The position numbers were made by a program, and so were the translations under genes. A stretch of 64,000 bases of DNA, from the NCBI RefSeq assembly GCF_009914755.1, contig NC_060929.1. The stretch is one strand, 5' to 3'. The DNA is from the human T2T-CHM13v2.0 reference genome, Homo sapiens. Positions 43,235 through 57,586 of the stretch are shown piece by piece. Below the pieces are notes generated by a model, which saw nothing but the letters and a program-made list of their open reading frames with translations, ran no database searches and had not been told where the DNA came from. The first letter of the stretch is position 1. Each line of letters starts with the position of its first letter.

Positions 43235-43460
43235 TCTGTAGTGTTTAAAGGCACAGACTCTGGTGACATAGACCTGGGTCCATCATACAGATGTATAACT
43301 TTGGGCAAGTGAATTAATCTCCTGTGGTTCAGTTTCCTCATTTGTAAAATGCAGAAGACATCAACCTAAGTGTTGCAGTAAATAAATCAGTTAATATATA
43401 TACAACACTTAGAATAGTGCCTTATACATAATAAATGTTACATATGTTTAGCTATTATTA
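43235..43460 (+). mobile_element. MIR
   Basis: gcacagactctgg...ttgggcaagtgaattaatctc...tcagtttcctcatttgtaaaatg...aataaatgtta. Confidence 0.85.
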
Positions 43461-43617
43461 ATATTAGTTATGAAGTGTCATTTTAAAATGGCACTGGGTA
43501 AGAAGCTCCACATGTTGGTTGGCCTCAGGCCAGAGGTGAGATGGCACAACTGAGCAGAGAGAGGCCAGCTCAGGGGTGGGCTGGGGAGGAACTCATCAGC
43601 AAGTCAGACCTCACCTA

Positions 43618-43953
<336 letters not shown>

Positions 43954-45445
43954 TTAACAAAAGTTAATTCAAAGACAGGGTAGTAAAGAGCAAGCCCTAC
44001 CACAATAGATAACACAATAAATATTTTCATGTACACGTATGCAAAACCAGCTCACACAACAAATTTCTGGTACCAAATACAAATGAAATTATCTGAAACT
44101 CACATCAGATATATGCTCCTAGAAAAAGAATAGATTTTAAAATATGAAATGGGCATTTGTAAATACACCATTCAGGATATAATCCAGATATAATTAAGAG
44201 GATGAAGAAAGTAATAAAATAGTGTAAGAAATGTTTTTCAAATAGAGCCACTGCGAGGCATTAGCATGGCAACATTAACAGAAAATAAGACATTACACTA
44301 GGCAGCCACCCACGACATAGGAAGGCTCTGCTGTCTCAGATCCATTTGTTCCTAATTCAGTTATTCACCAGCTCTCATTTTGAGGTGATCTCAAAAAATG
44401 AGATTCTTGTGATTATGAGAATATATTTTTATGATCCTAAAAGTATTTCTCTTCCTCAAATTAGAAAAAAAAAAACGAACTATATCAATAGAGAAACTCA
44501 CCAAAATGCATCCCTATTTTTTACCTGTAAGGATCATTTTGTGAGAGTTAAGTCAGGCCATGCTTGAAAACACTAATGATTGATATTAGTTATTGTGACA
44601 TCTGGGGTTGAAAGGATTAAGGGACTAATTCAATGAGTGCTCTTCCATGGTGGCTGTAAATATGATACACACTTACAGGAGAATGATTATTCTACTGAAG
44701 AAAAGGCATTCCTTATATATTATAGATTTTACATATGTTATAATTATATACAAAACATTATATATATTTTTATATATGGCACTCCATATATAGCTATATA
44801 GATAGATAGATAGATGTGAAATATTTTAAATTCAAAGTAAGATTATTCATTTCCTTTGTAGAACACATACCATAGTGGTTTACTAACCACAAATGCCGTC
44901 TTCCAATTGTTTTATAATTTTCTCTTTTGCTGAACTAGTTTTCGTACATCTATTCAGACTAGATAAACTAAAGCCATTTGTAAAGATTATTTCATCATTT
45001 AAATGTAATACTATTACTTTATTACTATTAAAGTGGATGATTAAATTTAGAAGTGGAAGAATATTGGCATTCTTCTGGTTATCTTTGACTCCAGTGAAAA
45101 ATATGATATGCATGAAAGAGTAGGCAAGTGCATAAACCATGCCTGGTAAAGGTATCCTCTCTGTGTGTGCATACGTGTGTATAAGGCATATGTCAAAGCA
45201 ACACAAAATGTCACAAACATCATAGGAGTCAATTATTTAAATTTTGCCATGAAAAAATATATTATAAAAGCTACTAATAAAAAAATTGCCTGATTGTCCT
45301 TTCTTTATTTTCCCTGCTCACTTTCCAAGCAAAGAAAGAAAACTGACATTATAGCTGAAAGGTAAGCCAGAGGGCAGAGAAGGAAGAGCCAAGACCTAAA
45401 TAATATACCACCTGGATAGTCCCACAACACAGTTCCATAGGCTAA

Positions 45446-45510
45446 TCATCCAAGTTATCCAAGTCATCCAAGTTATACAAAGTTATCCAAGTCATCCAAG
45501 TTATACAAAG
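45446..45510. repeat. 9-bp minisatellite with a perfect 28-bp higher-order duplication
   Basis: T(C/T)ATCCAAG units. AGTTATCCAAGTCATCCAAGTTATACAA at 45453-45480 and 45481-45508. Confidence 0.9.
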
Positions 45511-47531
45511 ATCCTCTCATGGCAAATTCCATATTGTTCTTCCTCATTCCTGGCAAATGCTCAGCAGGAAAAAGTTGAAGTCAAGGAAAGTGAAAATGTC
45601 AGATAAATAATAGGTATAAATACACTCTAAAATGCTCTATCTTCCTTGAAAAGCCCAGAGGCAGAGAGCATGAGGCCTGAGAAATTCTGCCAACTGCAGG
45701 TCTCCCTCCCATCTCTGACTATTCCCTTCTGTCTTATTCTGCTGATTCCCACAGAGAAAGCAAGGAAATCACAAAAGCACCAGCCTGAGTGTAGAACATT
45801 TTGCTGCATAGTGGGCCAAAGGGAGCAGAGAGAGGCTGAGGGGATGACCCAAATGGTCAAGTTTTTTTTCCACTTGAAATGCTATTGAGTTGAACTGGTG
45901 TGTATACAAGGTCAGACAGGACTGGGCAAAGTCACAATTACAGCCAAACCCCATTACTGTTCCTCACCTGAAGCTTTCTTTAAAAGTAGAGGAAAGCAAA
46001 GAAGAAAAGAGAAGGTGCAGCCCACGTCTGCTCTCAGCTAGAGACAGCGTGGTCCCTGCTGATTTGGGGGTTTGGCCCCACAGGGCGCAGGAGGCAACTG
46101 TTCTGTGGTGACCCAGAGCTTGTCTCTAAAATCTCTTCCAATCCCAAAAGATATTTTGGAAAACATCTGGAGTCCCAGTGTGGTGTGGTGAAAATACTAT
46201 TCAAAAGCAACTATCAAAATAGCTAAATTATTCTTGTATCAAAATCAATTTTACATTTCAATATAAGAACAGGAATGGATAGAATATCATTTCTATTTTG
46301 AGAGAATATCTATTGGCAGTTTTCAGAAATGGACCATTTGCCATGCACAGATCAGCCTTGCACAGGAGAGAGGATGCATATTTTAACATGTTTGCAGCAC
46401 ACTACCTTGATTAAGAATGAAAATTTCCAACAGAGCCCTTGGATCCCAACCTCCTTCATTATAACTATTTCTCCAAATATGTAGCCACCCTGGCATCAAG
46501 CACCATAAAGATTCAGCTAACAGGTATATGTAGGAGGTTTTCTTGTTTTGCCTGATTTTTTAAACTAACATGTTTTATTTACCCTTTCTTTTGCTCTATT
46601 AACACTCACTACTTTCAGTGCCTGACACTGCACAAAAAAGAGAACCATTTTATTCTGAAGAACTCAAATAACTTCAAGAATAGGAGCTATTAGAGTACAT
46701 AGGTGACAATCTGACACTTAGGAGCCTGGCACCCTCAGCCATTCTGCAGAAATGCAAACCCAAAACTCAACCCCTACCCAGGGGGAAAAAAGATGTTTCA
46801 ATAAAAGCATCTCTGAACAGAACTAGGAAAAATCAAAAACATAAGAAAAGGGGAAAATACGCTGTGATGAACTCTTTTTACTCCCCCTTCCCTGGACATT
46901 CAGCCAATCCCCTGATCCCGCAAATCTTTCCATCTTTCTGTCACCAAGGTCAGAGCACAGCCCAGCTGCAAGCTCTCACTGAGACTACTGTGGCCTCCAC
47001 ATGTTCTCCTGTTTCCACATCAGCTTCGCCCTCCTAAGGCTCAGGTTGACCCAGTCACTACCCTGCTCAATTGCCTCCAGGGTTGGAGAGTACACGTCTC
47101 AGCCCTCATATCTGGCCACACCTTCACTCTCACCTTCATTCTCACTACCCCTCTGCCCACACCCTAGCTTTCAGTCCCGCTACTGACTTCCCATTTTTTG
47201 CATACACGGGACACTTATTTGCCTTTGTGCTTAGGCAACAGTCTTTCAATATCTCCCTATGTCCAAATCCTAATCACACTTCAAAACTAGGAAGTGGCCG
47301 CCAGACAGAACACCCTCAAACTGTTACCACCAAGCCTACAGACCTCCCTGCATCCACGTCCACACTGTCTCCTTCCATCTGCAATGGAAAAGGGGTGCTT
47401 CTTCTGGCTAAAGGCTAAGGGAGACCTCCCTCCCATGGCCTGTGGGACCCACCCCAACCCATGTACTTAGGAACCTTCTCCCATCAATTATCCCCCTTTC
47501 TCCTTTATCTTTGACCTCTCCCTCTCCATAG

Positions 47532-47896
<365 letters not shown>

Positions 47897-48521
47897 GCTA
47901 CTGTTTTGTTTTATCATCTGTATAGAGCCAAATTGCTTGGCCACTCTCCCTGTCCCCACCTCCACAATTTCCACATACCCCCGCAACCACTGCAGCCTCA
48001 CCTTCATCTCACCACTCATTTCTCCTGGCTGGTGAACTCATCCCATTAGTTTGTAAAATGTATTGATGCCTACATGTCATATTGATGCTTACATGTATTG
48101 CCCCAGACAACACATGCCTAGCACTTGCCCAGCACTTGGGGGAAGGGGAAGTGGGGAGAGGAGAAACCAGATATGACCTCTCTGAGTCAGAAGTTCTAAC
48201 TGATAGCTAAATTCATGCCAGAGATATATTTTATTTAACCTATGATGCTTTTAAAAATATATTATTTATTTGACAAAAATTCAGGAATCTAAAGACTTCA
48301 CACAAAAATCTGGGATTTGGCTTCTATTAAAGAAGCTAGAAGCTCTGGCAACACGGTTTCTTTCCCAGGTGCCAGTATTCAGCTGAGAAGCAGCTGCTCC
48401 TTCCAGAGGGCAGGGGCTCCCTGGTCCACCATGGCCCCACCAAACCCTCTTGGCTCCTTGTCTTTACTTTGGTGGCCCCTGTGGGCATTGGAGTTTGGAG
48501 TTTGAAATCCCTGCTTTAGAT

Positions 48522-48815
48522 CAGTGTTATCCAATAAAAATACAAGTATGAGACACATATGTAATTTTACTTGTAAAACTAACTTTAATATTATATTTAA
48601 TTTAACCTAATATATCCAAAATGTTATCCCAACACGCAATCAATATAAAAAGTTTAATAATGGGATATTTCATATTCTTTTCTTTGTACAAGTCTTCAAA
48701 ATTCAGTGTGCATGTATGCATTTTACACTTATAGCCCATCTCAATTCTAACTAGCCATGTTTCCAAAGTCCCATAGCAAAATGCGGGTAGCAGTTGCCAC
48801 ATGGAACAGCACATC
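48522..48815. mobile_element. MER33-like hAT-Charlie element
   Basis: cagtgttatccaata...aacctaatatatccaaaatgtta...caatcaatataaaaa...ttttacacttatagcccatctcaattc...ctagcca. Confidence 0.75.
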
Positions 48816-49221
48816 TCTGGATGCTAAATGGTTGTTACAAGAATCAGATCTTGCAAGCAGAGAAAGTCGGGATGAGAGAGAATATTAAGGAGAAAGAAGA
48901 AAGCTGGCAGGACTAAGAAAGTGGGTGTGGATGTTAAAGAATAGGCATGTGAGATGTTTAAAAATAGGAGGGAAAGGGACAAGGACACAGAGACAATGAA
49001 CCATGCTCAGTGAAAAAATCTGCTCTAGTCTAGTCCTCCATGGGAGAAAAACGTCCTTTATAAGCAAATGCAGTTGATGGGCAATGCAGACTTTCTGGAG
49101 GGAGGATTTGGGGTTTTTTAACTAAGCTCAGCATTAGACAGGAGGGGTCAATGTAAATATCACTTGGCCACTTGTGTGAACTCCACTTCACACACTTGGT
49201 ATTTAAGAGGCAACAGAATGA

Positions 49222-49566
<345 letters not shown>

Positions 49567-49677
49567 AATATTGGGATTTTAATCTGAGTCATGGCTGGAA
49601 GTAAAGGGAAGATAAGAGACTTTCTTAGATAATGGGCTTGGGATGCAGAAGAAGTGCTAGGTACAAAAAACAGGTCA

Positions 49678-49990
49678 GGCCGGGCGCGGTGGCTCACGCC
49701 TGTAATCCCAGCACTTTGGGAGGCGGCTGAGGCAGGTGGATCACAAGGTCAGGAGACTGAGACCATCCTGGCTAACATGGTGAAACCCCGTCTCCACTAA
49801 TAACACAAAAAATTAGCCGGGCATGGTGGCGGGCGCCTGCAGTCTCAGCTACTCGGGAGGCTGAGGCAGGAGAATGGCGTGAACCCAGGAGGCGGAGCTT
49901 GCAGTGAGCCCATATCGTGCCACTGCACTCCAGCCTGGGCCACAGAGGGAGACTCGGTCTCAAAAAACAAACAAACAAACAAACAAACAA
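49678..49990 (+). mobile_element. AluY-like, full length, with (AAAC)n tail
   Basis: gagaccatcctggctaacatggtgaaacc and ggagaatggcgtgaacccaggaggcggagcttgcagtgagc. TSD CAAAAAACAGGTCA at 49664-49677 and 49988-50001. Confidence 0.95.
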
Positions 49991-50921
49991 AAAACAGGTC
50001 AAGGAGATGGGTCAAGGAGAAGTAGCAGTGAAGAAGGAAGGGAAGGAGAGTATCTTGAGCCAAGATCCAGGCAGAATTCAAGACTCAGAGGCATAGCTAA
50101 GTGAGGATGTATAGGCAGGAATCAGAAATCCAGATGTGTGGGTGCAATGTCAGAGGCCAGAAAGGAGACTTGGGTGCGAAAAATGGATACCCAGAGTCAG
50201 AGTCCAATACCAAGAACTACATCCCTGACCCGGAGACCTCAGAAGTAGGATGTTTTTCCATCCTCCATGGGAGCACAATATGGCAGCCACTTAGTAGGTA
50301 CCACATCCTCCCCTCACCAGGCTTTAATTCTGCTTCTTGTCTGCCCAAGAACCAGAATTAAAGTCTAGGCTGGCAAAAGCCAAGCTACCAGCTGGTGGAA
50401 GAGGGGAACATCAAATATATCTGCCAGGCTTAAAAGGACTTGGAATTGAGAAGGCAATAATATCATTTCACAAACATAAAGCGATTTTGAAGCTTTTCCA
50501 GAGGTCTTATCTCTGAACAGTTCTAGCCCACCCATTCATCCCTTCATTCATTCAGGCACCATTTATTGAGTAGTCTTCCCCTGAACTGTTTTACAATGCT
50601 GATTCACTAGGTCAATTGTACTAGGGATTGCCAAATTCCACTCCAGCAGAGCTGGCGAGGCAAGTGAAGGTGGTTCAGGCTTAAGCAAAATAAGTTCAGA
50701 TTGTTAATGCTGAAGGGGCCTCTCTAAATGAACCCAGTGGGATTAGGAGGATACAAAGATCCTAAGATGTCCAGAGGTCCACTTGTCTATATTTGTTGTA
50801 ATTTTCCAAATTGGCTAGGACCCAAGAGAACAGGAAATAAGGCTGGTATAAAATATCTCGAAAAGACTTCACTGAAGAGAAGAAAATTGTTCTCTCAAGA
50901 AGGCAGTAAGCAGGACTTTTA

Positions 50922-51042
50922 AATCTCATTATATTACAAATACAGTTTTCCATATTGCAATACAATCTCATTATGTTACAAATACAGTTTTCCATATTGT
51001 AGTATGGAATATTGTATTTGGAATACAATATTCCATACTACA
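50922..51042. repeat. 42-bp tandem duplication running into a perfect 21-bp inverted repeat
   Basis: AATCTCATTAT(A/G)TTACAAATACAGTTTTCCATATTG at 50922 and 50964. TGTAGTATGGAATATTGTATT-tgg-AATACAATATTCCATACTACA at 50998-51042. Confidence 0.92.
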
Positions 51043-51690
51043 GTTAAATACAAATATTTGGAGACTTTAGGGACATTGCAGCCTGATATTCTGCCAGAAA
51101 AAAAAAAAAAAGTTTCTAATGGTAAGAAACTGCTACATATTAGAGGGGAAAATGTATTTGGATAAAATATTGAATTGTTAGGGATAAACTTCTCACCTCT
51201 GATTCATAAAAAGCACTGTGAGTTAGAAGAAAAGGTTGATGGTGAAGAGCAAATTAAAATGGCACATAAAGTTAATGATGTAGAAAAAGGCTGTATCTTC
51301 AATGGTGCCGACAAATCAAAATTTACAAAAACTGTAAAGGCTATTTGTTAAGTGAACAAATGACTTGAGAAAAAGGTGCCTCTTCTTTGATTCAATAATT
51401 AGCTTTACAGAAAGGTAAGCATGTCATAAACAGGTATGGTTTATACTCTAGTTTTATAAAAACATGCACGTTTATATAAAGCAAGTTCTAGGATAATATC
51501 TACTTCGTTCACATTAAACAAACAAACAAACAAAGCCCAGTATGCAAATAATGACCCTCAGTTATCAAGAAATGGTCTTATTTAGAACGCTTGACTTACT
51601 GAGGCAGGGAAATATGTGATTTTTAGTAAGTTTTCCGGTAGCAAAAAGAAATTAAAGCAAAGAACTTTCTGTTTCAAAAAATTATTTTCA

Positions 51691-51989
<299 letters not shown>

Positions 51990-54929
51990 TTATTTTCTGC
52001 TTACCTAATGCAGATGCCTGCTACGATATTATAAATAGATATAGACCAAGAAGAAAAAATATATATAACCTAACTTCTAAATCTGCAGATTTTGTCAATG
52101 CTTATAAAGTTATGTGGACATATTATTTATACTCCATTAACCAGGATTGGTAAATGATTTAATAAGCATTATGATCAAAGAAATCATATTACATGTTTCC
52201 TTTAGGTATCAAAAATATATTATTAACCTTTATTTTGTGAAATCATTTTCAAACAATGAGGTAAAAGAAAGAGGAAGAAGAATGTTCTATTTTTAAATGA
52301 ATCTGCTAATCCCATTTTTTTCCCTCAACATAACATATTCATTCTTCATGATAATGCATACATACTTGCTAAAAATAATGTAAGATTTTTTCCATTGCTG
52401 TATAAAATTGTAATGTCACCAGTACTACCTTGATTTGTCACAGGCTACTTTTTCCAACACTGCAAGTAACATAGTTCATATCCTAAATTAAATAAGAAGG
52501 AATGGCAAAGCACCCTGTTAATTTTTTTCAACCACACACTTATTTGTAATAGCAGCAATTGCAAAACTTCAGTATACTTTCCAATAATAATAACAAGCAC
52601 AGCAGCAATTGCTAATGTTTATTGAACACTTGCTATAGTTTAAGCCAATCTCTCATAACATCTACATGCTAACACTTCCATTTATGCAAGATTCATAGTT
52701 CAACTCAAATTTGCCAGACACTTATTATAGCAAGTAAAGGTTAAAGGGAAATATGTCATCCTCTTTACTCCCTTTCTTTGGAATAAGCTGATGATCCGAG
52801 CACTTTTCATGAATGCTATCACACATCAAACTCCACTTTCCACCCTGCTCCAAAATGTCCTAAGGTCTCATCTACCCTCTCTCACTTTCAATATGAAAGG
52901 GGTCATTTCTGAAGCTAGACCAGTATAAAGCTACTAACATTGTTTTAGGGGCTTGATTTTGATATTATTAGTTTTCTTCAGTGACTTTAGTCGTTTATAA
53001 TAGGAATTATGTTTTTAAATCTGTGCCTTCTTTAAGATGGAGTTGTGTTCTTTGAAGTCATAGTAAAAACATCTGAAAAATTGCAAAAATCAACCCAAGT
53101 CATGTTTTTGAATCATTTTGTTAAACATGTGCTTTATTTAAAAGCTCAGCTAATAAAGCAAGATACACTTCATGTATAGACTTAATTGTAGAAAATTTTT
53201 TTTCCACTTTTTATCAGGGCTTACAGATATGTTGTAGGAATCTTATCCCAATGAATAGATTCCTCTTGCTATGTTTCAAAACATATCTAACATACACTGA
53301 ATAATTTTCCTACTTCTTTTCAAAAATAGTTTATCCTTTGTGAAAGCAATTTTAACAAAATTTATTTAAAGAGAAAAAAATAAAAGTTCAGCATTCATAA
53401 ACACTACATGCTTTTGTTAAAATACTAAAAAAATGCAACGTATTCATTCCTCACTCTTTATCTTAAAATACTGACTTTCTGATCCTAGCAAAACATAATT
53501 TTAGTAACTCGTCAAGGCAGAATACATAAAATTGGCATATTTTTGATATGCACACAAATTGAGAAAGCATCTTTTCCAACTGTGTTGCAGAAAATGAAAT
53601 GCATCTGGTATGACAATATGGCCCAACACGTGAACCAGAATCAGTGGGAAGAAAGGGATATTTTTTTTTCCTTATTCTCAAAACAGAACATTTGAAATAA
53701 TGCACATCCCCCAACAGCAAGGCATTATTAAGTCTGTTAATACATATTGCAAAGTGTGTTTGGCTAATGAAAACACAATAGCAAGAGGACCAGCAGGCAC
53801 ATGGAAAGTAGCCTGGTTTGTTCACTTTTACTCATATATACCCGTGACTCCCAAATCTCTTTCCCCAGCCGTCCAAACTGATTTTTTTTTCTTTGCTTTT
53901 GCTTAACATCTCCACCCACTGTCAGAGTACGTGCACATATGTTGTTGGGGCCTCGTGCTGGGCTAGGGAGGTGGAGACGTGGAGAGTGTGTTGGAGAACA
54001 TGGCTTATGCCAGGATCAAGCAGAGAACAAGAGAAAAAATTAAACAATTTGCCTATTTTTGCAATACATTTTATTTCTGCCTTGAAAGAAAAGTCTTTTC
54101 ATCTAGGCACTCTAAAGATGTATTAAATACTTTTATTGTGTTTCTTTCTTGAGTACTGTGCTTGTGAACTGTGAATAAAGCTGAAATCTGTATGTGCTAC
54201 ACACCCCTTTCCCATGCCCAGGTCACTTTGGAGATGAGCTGCTGAGAGAGTAAGGAAAGATCTCTGAGATATTCAGGAAGCTTGGAAGAGTGCTGCAAAG
54301 CTAAGCTGACTCCTGAGCAGCTGAATGCATCCCCTTCCAGGTTCCAATTCCATTTTTTCCTCTTTCCCATTCAGAGGTGAGCCGGGCTCCTTTGAGATGG
54401 GCAGAGAGGTATTTCCAGGACTGAGAAATCCTCTCTTTTACATTGGTCAGAGAGTGCTGCTGAAAGCCATTATTTGTGACTCATTACAGAGAAATCTCTC
54501 CACTTCCCAGAGAACAAGGCCCCATGAGCAGCAGACGCTAGGGACCAAAAATGGTATCTCTTTCTGGGACTGTGTCTGGCATTGGGCAAGTCCCTCAGGG
54601 TTTACCATTCTGTCTGCCTATATCCCATCTTTCTCTTATTTTTTGAAAGATATTTTAGCTTTTCTATTTCTCTTATGTCTATGTCGAAATGCTGATTCTC
54701 TATAATGAAAAGCTTCTTCAGAGTTATAGATCATGATAATCTCATTCGTGACAAAATATACATGCAACAATACATCACAGAACAAATTACAAATTATGAT
54801 AGCTAATCCATCATAGAATTGATTGTATATAGGGATGGGGAAAAATCTCCAGAATATACGTAAACTTGCAAGGCTCTACTTTCATCAGTAAGACCAAAGA
54901 CATCTAAAAAATGGAACAAGTTCTAAAAG

Positions 54930-55160
54930 TTGTCAAAGGTAGCTGTCATAATGGAAAAAGATTCTGGAGACTGACTTGAGTACAAAACTTCTCTCTGTCA
55001 TCTACTAACTACGTGACCCTGGAAAGCTTATTTAACCTATGTGAGCATTGGTTTACGAATCTGTAAAGTGACAATCACATAGGTCTGCTGTGAGGGTTAA
55101 ACTATGTAGGGCTATAAAATGCCCAGCATATGGTGAAGGCATACATAATAGTGTTAATTT
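54930..55160 (+). mobile_element. MIR
   Basis: gtgaccctggaaagcttatttaacctatgtgagc...atctgtaaagtg...gctgtgagggttaaa. Confidence 0.7.
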
Positions 55161-56866
55161 AGTATCTTCTCCAGAATAAGTTTATATCTTTTGTATACAA
55201 AATTCATACTTACATAGTAGTGTTTTTTTTAATAAAGATTGACAGTTTCTGAAAACTTTTTGGCAAAAAGGAACATAAAAAATTCAGAGTTATCTATTTT
55301 TGCTTTAAAAATATCTTGGTTCAGTGAACTGTAATGTGATTTAATAAGTTAACATTCACGGTAATATGATATATACCTTTCAAAATAATTCAATTATTAT
55401 TTGTTATTCTATTATCCTTGATAGTGAAAGAAAAAAATGTAAAGTTCCCCAACTCTGAAATTCTTCTACATTAGGATTATGTACACGCTCAAAAATAAAT
55501 ACTTCCTTTAATATATAGTATTCATCTATACTGAATTTAAAACATTCTTCTAAAACCATTTATCACTTTACTTTTAAAACCAAAAACAGGGGCTCTATCC
55601 AGTTCACTTTCAAGATGACAGGAAAGGTAAATGTATTTGGTCTTTTTGTCACTATTATCTCTACTTACTCTTCTGAGAATAAAATATTTTTCTGGATCAT
55701 CAGGTGTTTGCTTACAGCAAGCAATTTTGTTTATTAAGGAACAAAACATATTCATATTCTGCTTTACTTTCTGGAGCTACACTAAGAAATCAGTCCATGA
55801 ACTATAAAAACTTCCAACTGAAAGCCTATCTATTCCCGTATCTTACCCTTCAAACACAGCCTGTTTCTTTGTAGCTGAGCTTTTAATCTACTAATAACTA
55901 AAGTTTTAATGCAAGTGTCATTCATCTAACATAATTAATCAGAGTCAAAACAATGAGAAAGTGTAAGTAAACTAAGATATATTGGGAGAAAAATGTTCTT
56001 TAGGTCTCTGGCAGAGTGAAACTTCCAAAATATTTTCTAGAATTAAAATGATTTGATAAACATTTACAAAAAGAGCAGTGCCTCTTCGAAATTGAGGGAG
56101 TAAAAACGGCTATTCAGTGGGACACATTGTGGGTCCCACACATAAAATTTCTAGTAAAAGCACTTTTACAAACCTTGACTCTTGTCTGAGCAATCAACAT
56201 GATGTATAAAGCAGCATACTTTAAAAAGCAAGTGCTTCAGGTGACTATTAAAACTTCACAAGGCTCATAGGAACATATGCATTTGACTAACTGGGAGGAG
56301 ACGCTCCCGCTGTCCACTTGAAGGGCGGTGATCCAATTGCAGCAGGAAGGTTTAAGAAAGGGGTGCCGGATGCAGGCCTGAGATGATGCTTTCCCTGGCA
56401 CAGGACCTCACATGTGCCATAATTTACCTCTCCACGTTTCTATTTCTTCCCGCCAGCCATTTGCTTCCAATGGTACCTCTCCACACCACCACACGTGATC
56501 GTAATTGTTTTTAAGTTATTGGGTTAGTTTTTTCTTTTGCCAAGATGAGATTTGGCTGGACATCTCCTTTCAGGAGAACTCTAAAAAGTACCCACTTTAG
56601 GTCTAACTTTTCATTGACTACTCAGAAAGCTTCTGGTGACAGGTATCATTTCTACCAAAAGTAAAGTCCGGGTGCAAGTCAGAACTCTTTCATCTTTGCT
56701 AAACCAGAGCGAGATGTTTTCTTTCGACTGTTTCATCTACTTAGAATTAATAGCATTTCTCCTCCCGCCTCCCGGCCCCCGCCCCCCGCTCCCCGGGTGG
56801 TGAACGCCTGAAGAGGGAGGCGTGGTCCCGCGCACCTTGTCTCCGGCCGCGCCCACCGGCACTCAC

Positions 56867-57586
56867 CTGGCTGCTGCCGTGCTCCTCGCCCGTCTCCGGG
56901 GCCCGAGACTCCGCGGGACTCCGCGCCGGCTCTGCGGGAGGAGGCGGCGGCTCCAGCAGCTGCTCCAGGCAGGCGGTGCCCGGCAGAGAGGAGCTCTTCT
57001 GGTGGCACAAGTGCGCCCCGGGGCCCTGACGCCGTGCACCCTCATCTCGGGCGCGGTCCCCCCTCGGGGGAGGCTGGGGCGAGGAGGACAGGGAGGATGA
57101 GGCGGAGGAAGAGGAAGGAGCTGAGTCGGGGGAGCGTCCGCCAGGAGGCGTCCCTCCCGCTGCTCCCGAGGCCGCCGCGGGCCCCTTTACGGCGGGGAGC
57201 AAATGCTCGCGGATCCGGCGGCGTAGCGTGGACCCCTGCTCGGCTCTGCCGGCGCCGCCGGGCTCCAGGGGCTCCGGCGACGAGCAGCACAGGTTGGGCT
57301 GCGAGGAGGAGAAGACTCGGTCCAGCACTTGCTTCCGCTTCTTGAAGCCGCTCCACCTGCTGCCTGCACCACTCCCCCTGGCCGGTGCATTCCCTGTGCC
57401 CACCGGGGGTGGCGGGGAGGGCGACGGGGTGTCCGCAGTGCGGCGCTCTGGACCCCCAGCGCGCCCGCCCCCGCCGCCCTTGCTCCTGCCCACCCCCAGC
57501 TGCAGGTTCTTCCAGAGCCGGGCCTGGAAGGAGGAGGACGCCGCCGGCGGCTCTGGCTCGCCCGCCGCGGCAGCCCGGGGCTCCAT
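56867..57586 (-). CDS. MCTP1: MCTP1 coding exon 1 (first 240 aa; disordered G/P/S/A-rich N-terminus of multiple C2 and transmembrane domain-containing protein 1)
   Basis: Translation MEPRAAAAGEPEPPAASSSFQARLWKNLQLGVGRSKGG...RWSGFKKRKQVLDRVFSSSQPNLCCSSPEPL...GEEHGSSQ matches the recalled human MCTP1 N-terminus. The ATG is in strong Kozak context (GGAGGATGG: A at -3, G at +4). The coding part is 720 nt and ends at a consensus phase-0 donor CAG|GTGAGT. Confidence 0.96.

Noticed and set aside
45446-45510. Short direct repeats resembling a CRISPR-like array
   Set aside because: Units abut with no unique spacers, and the context is eukaryotic. Simple tandem duplication.
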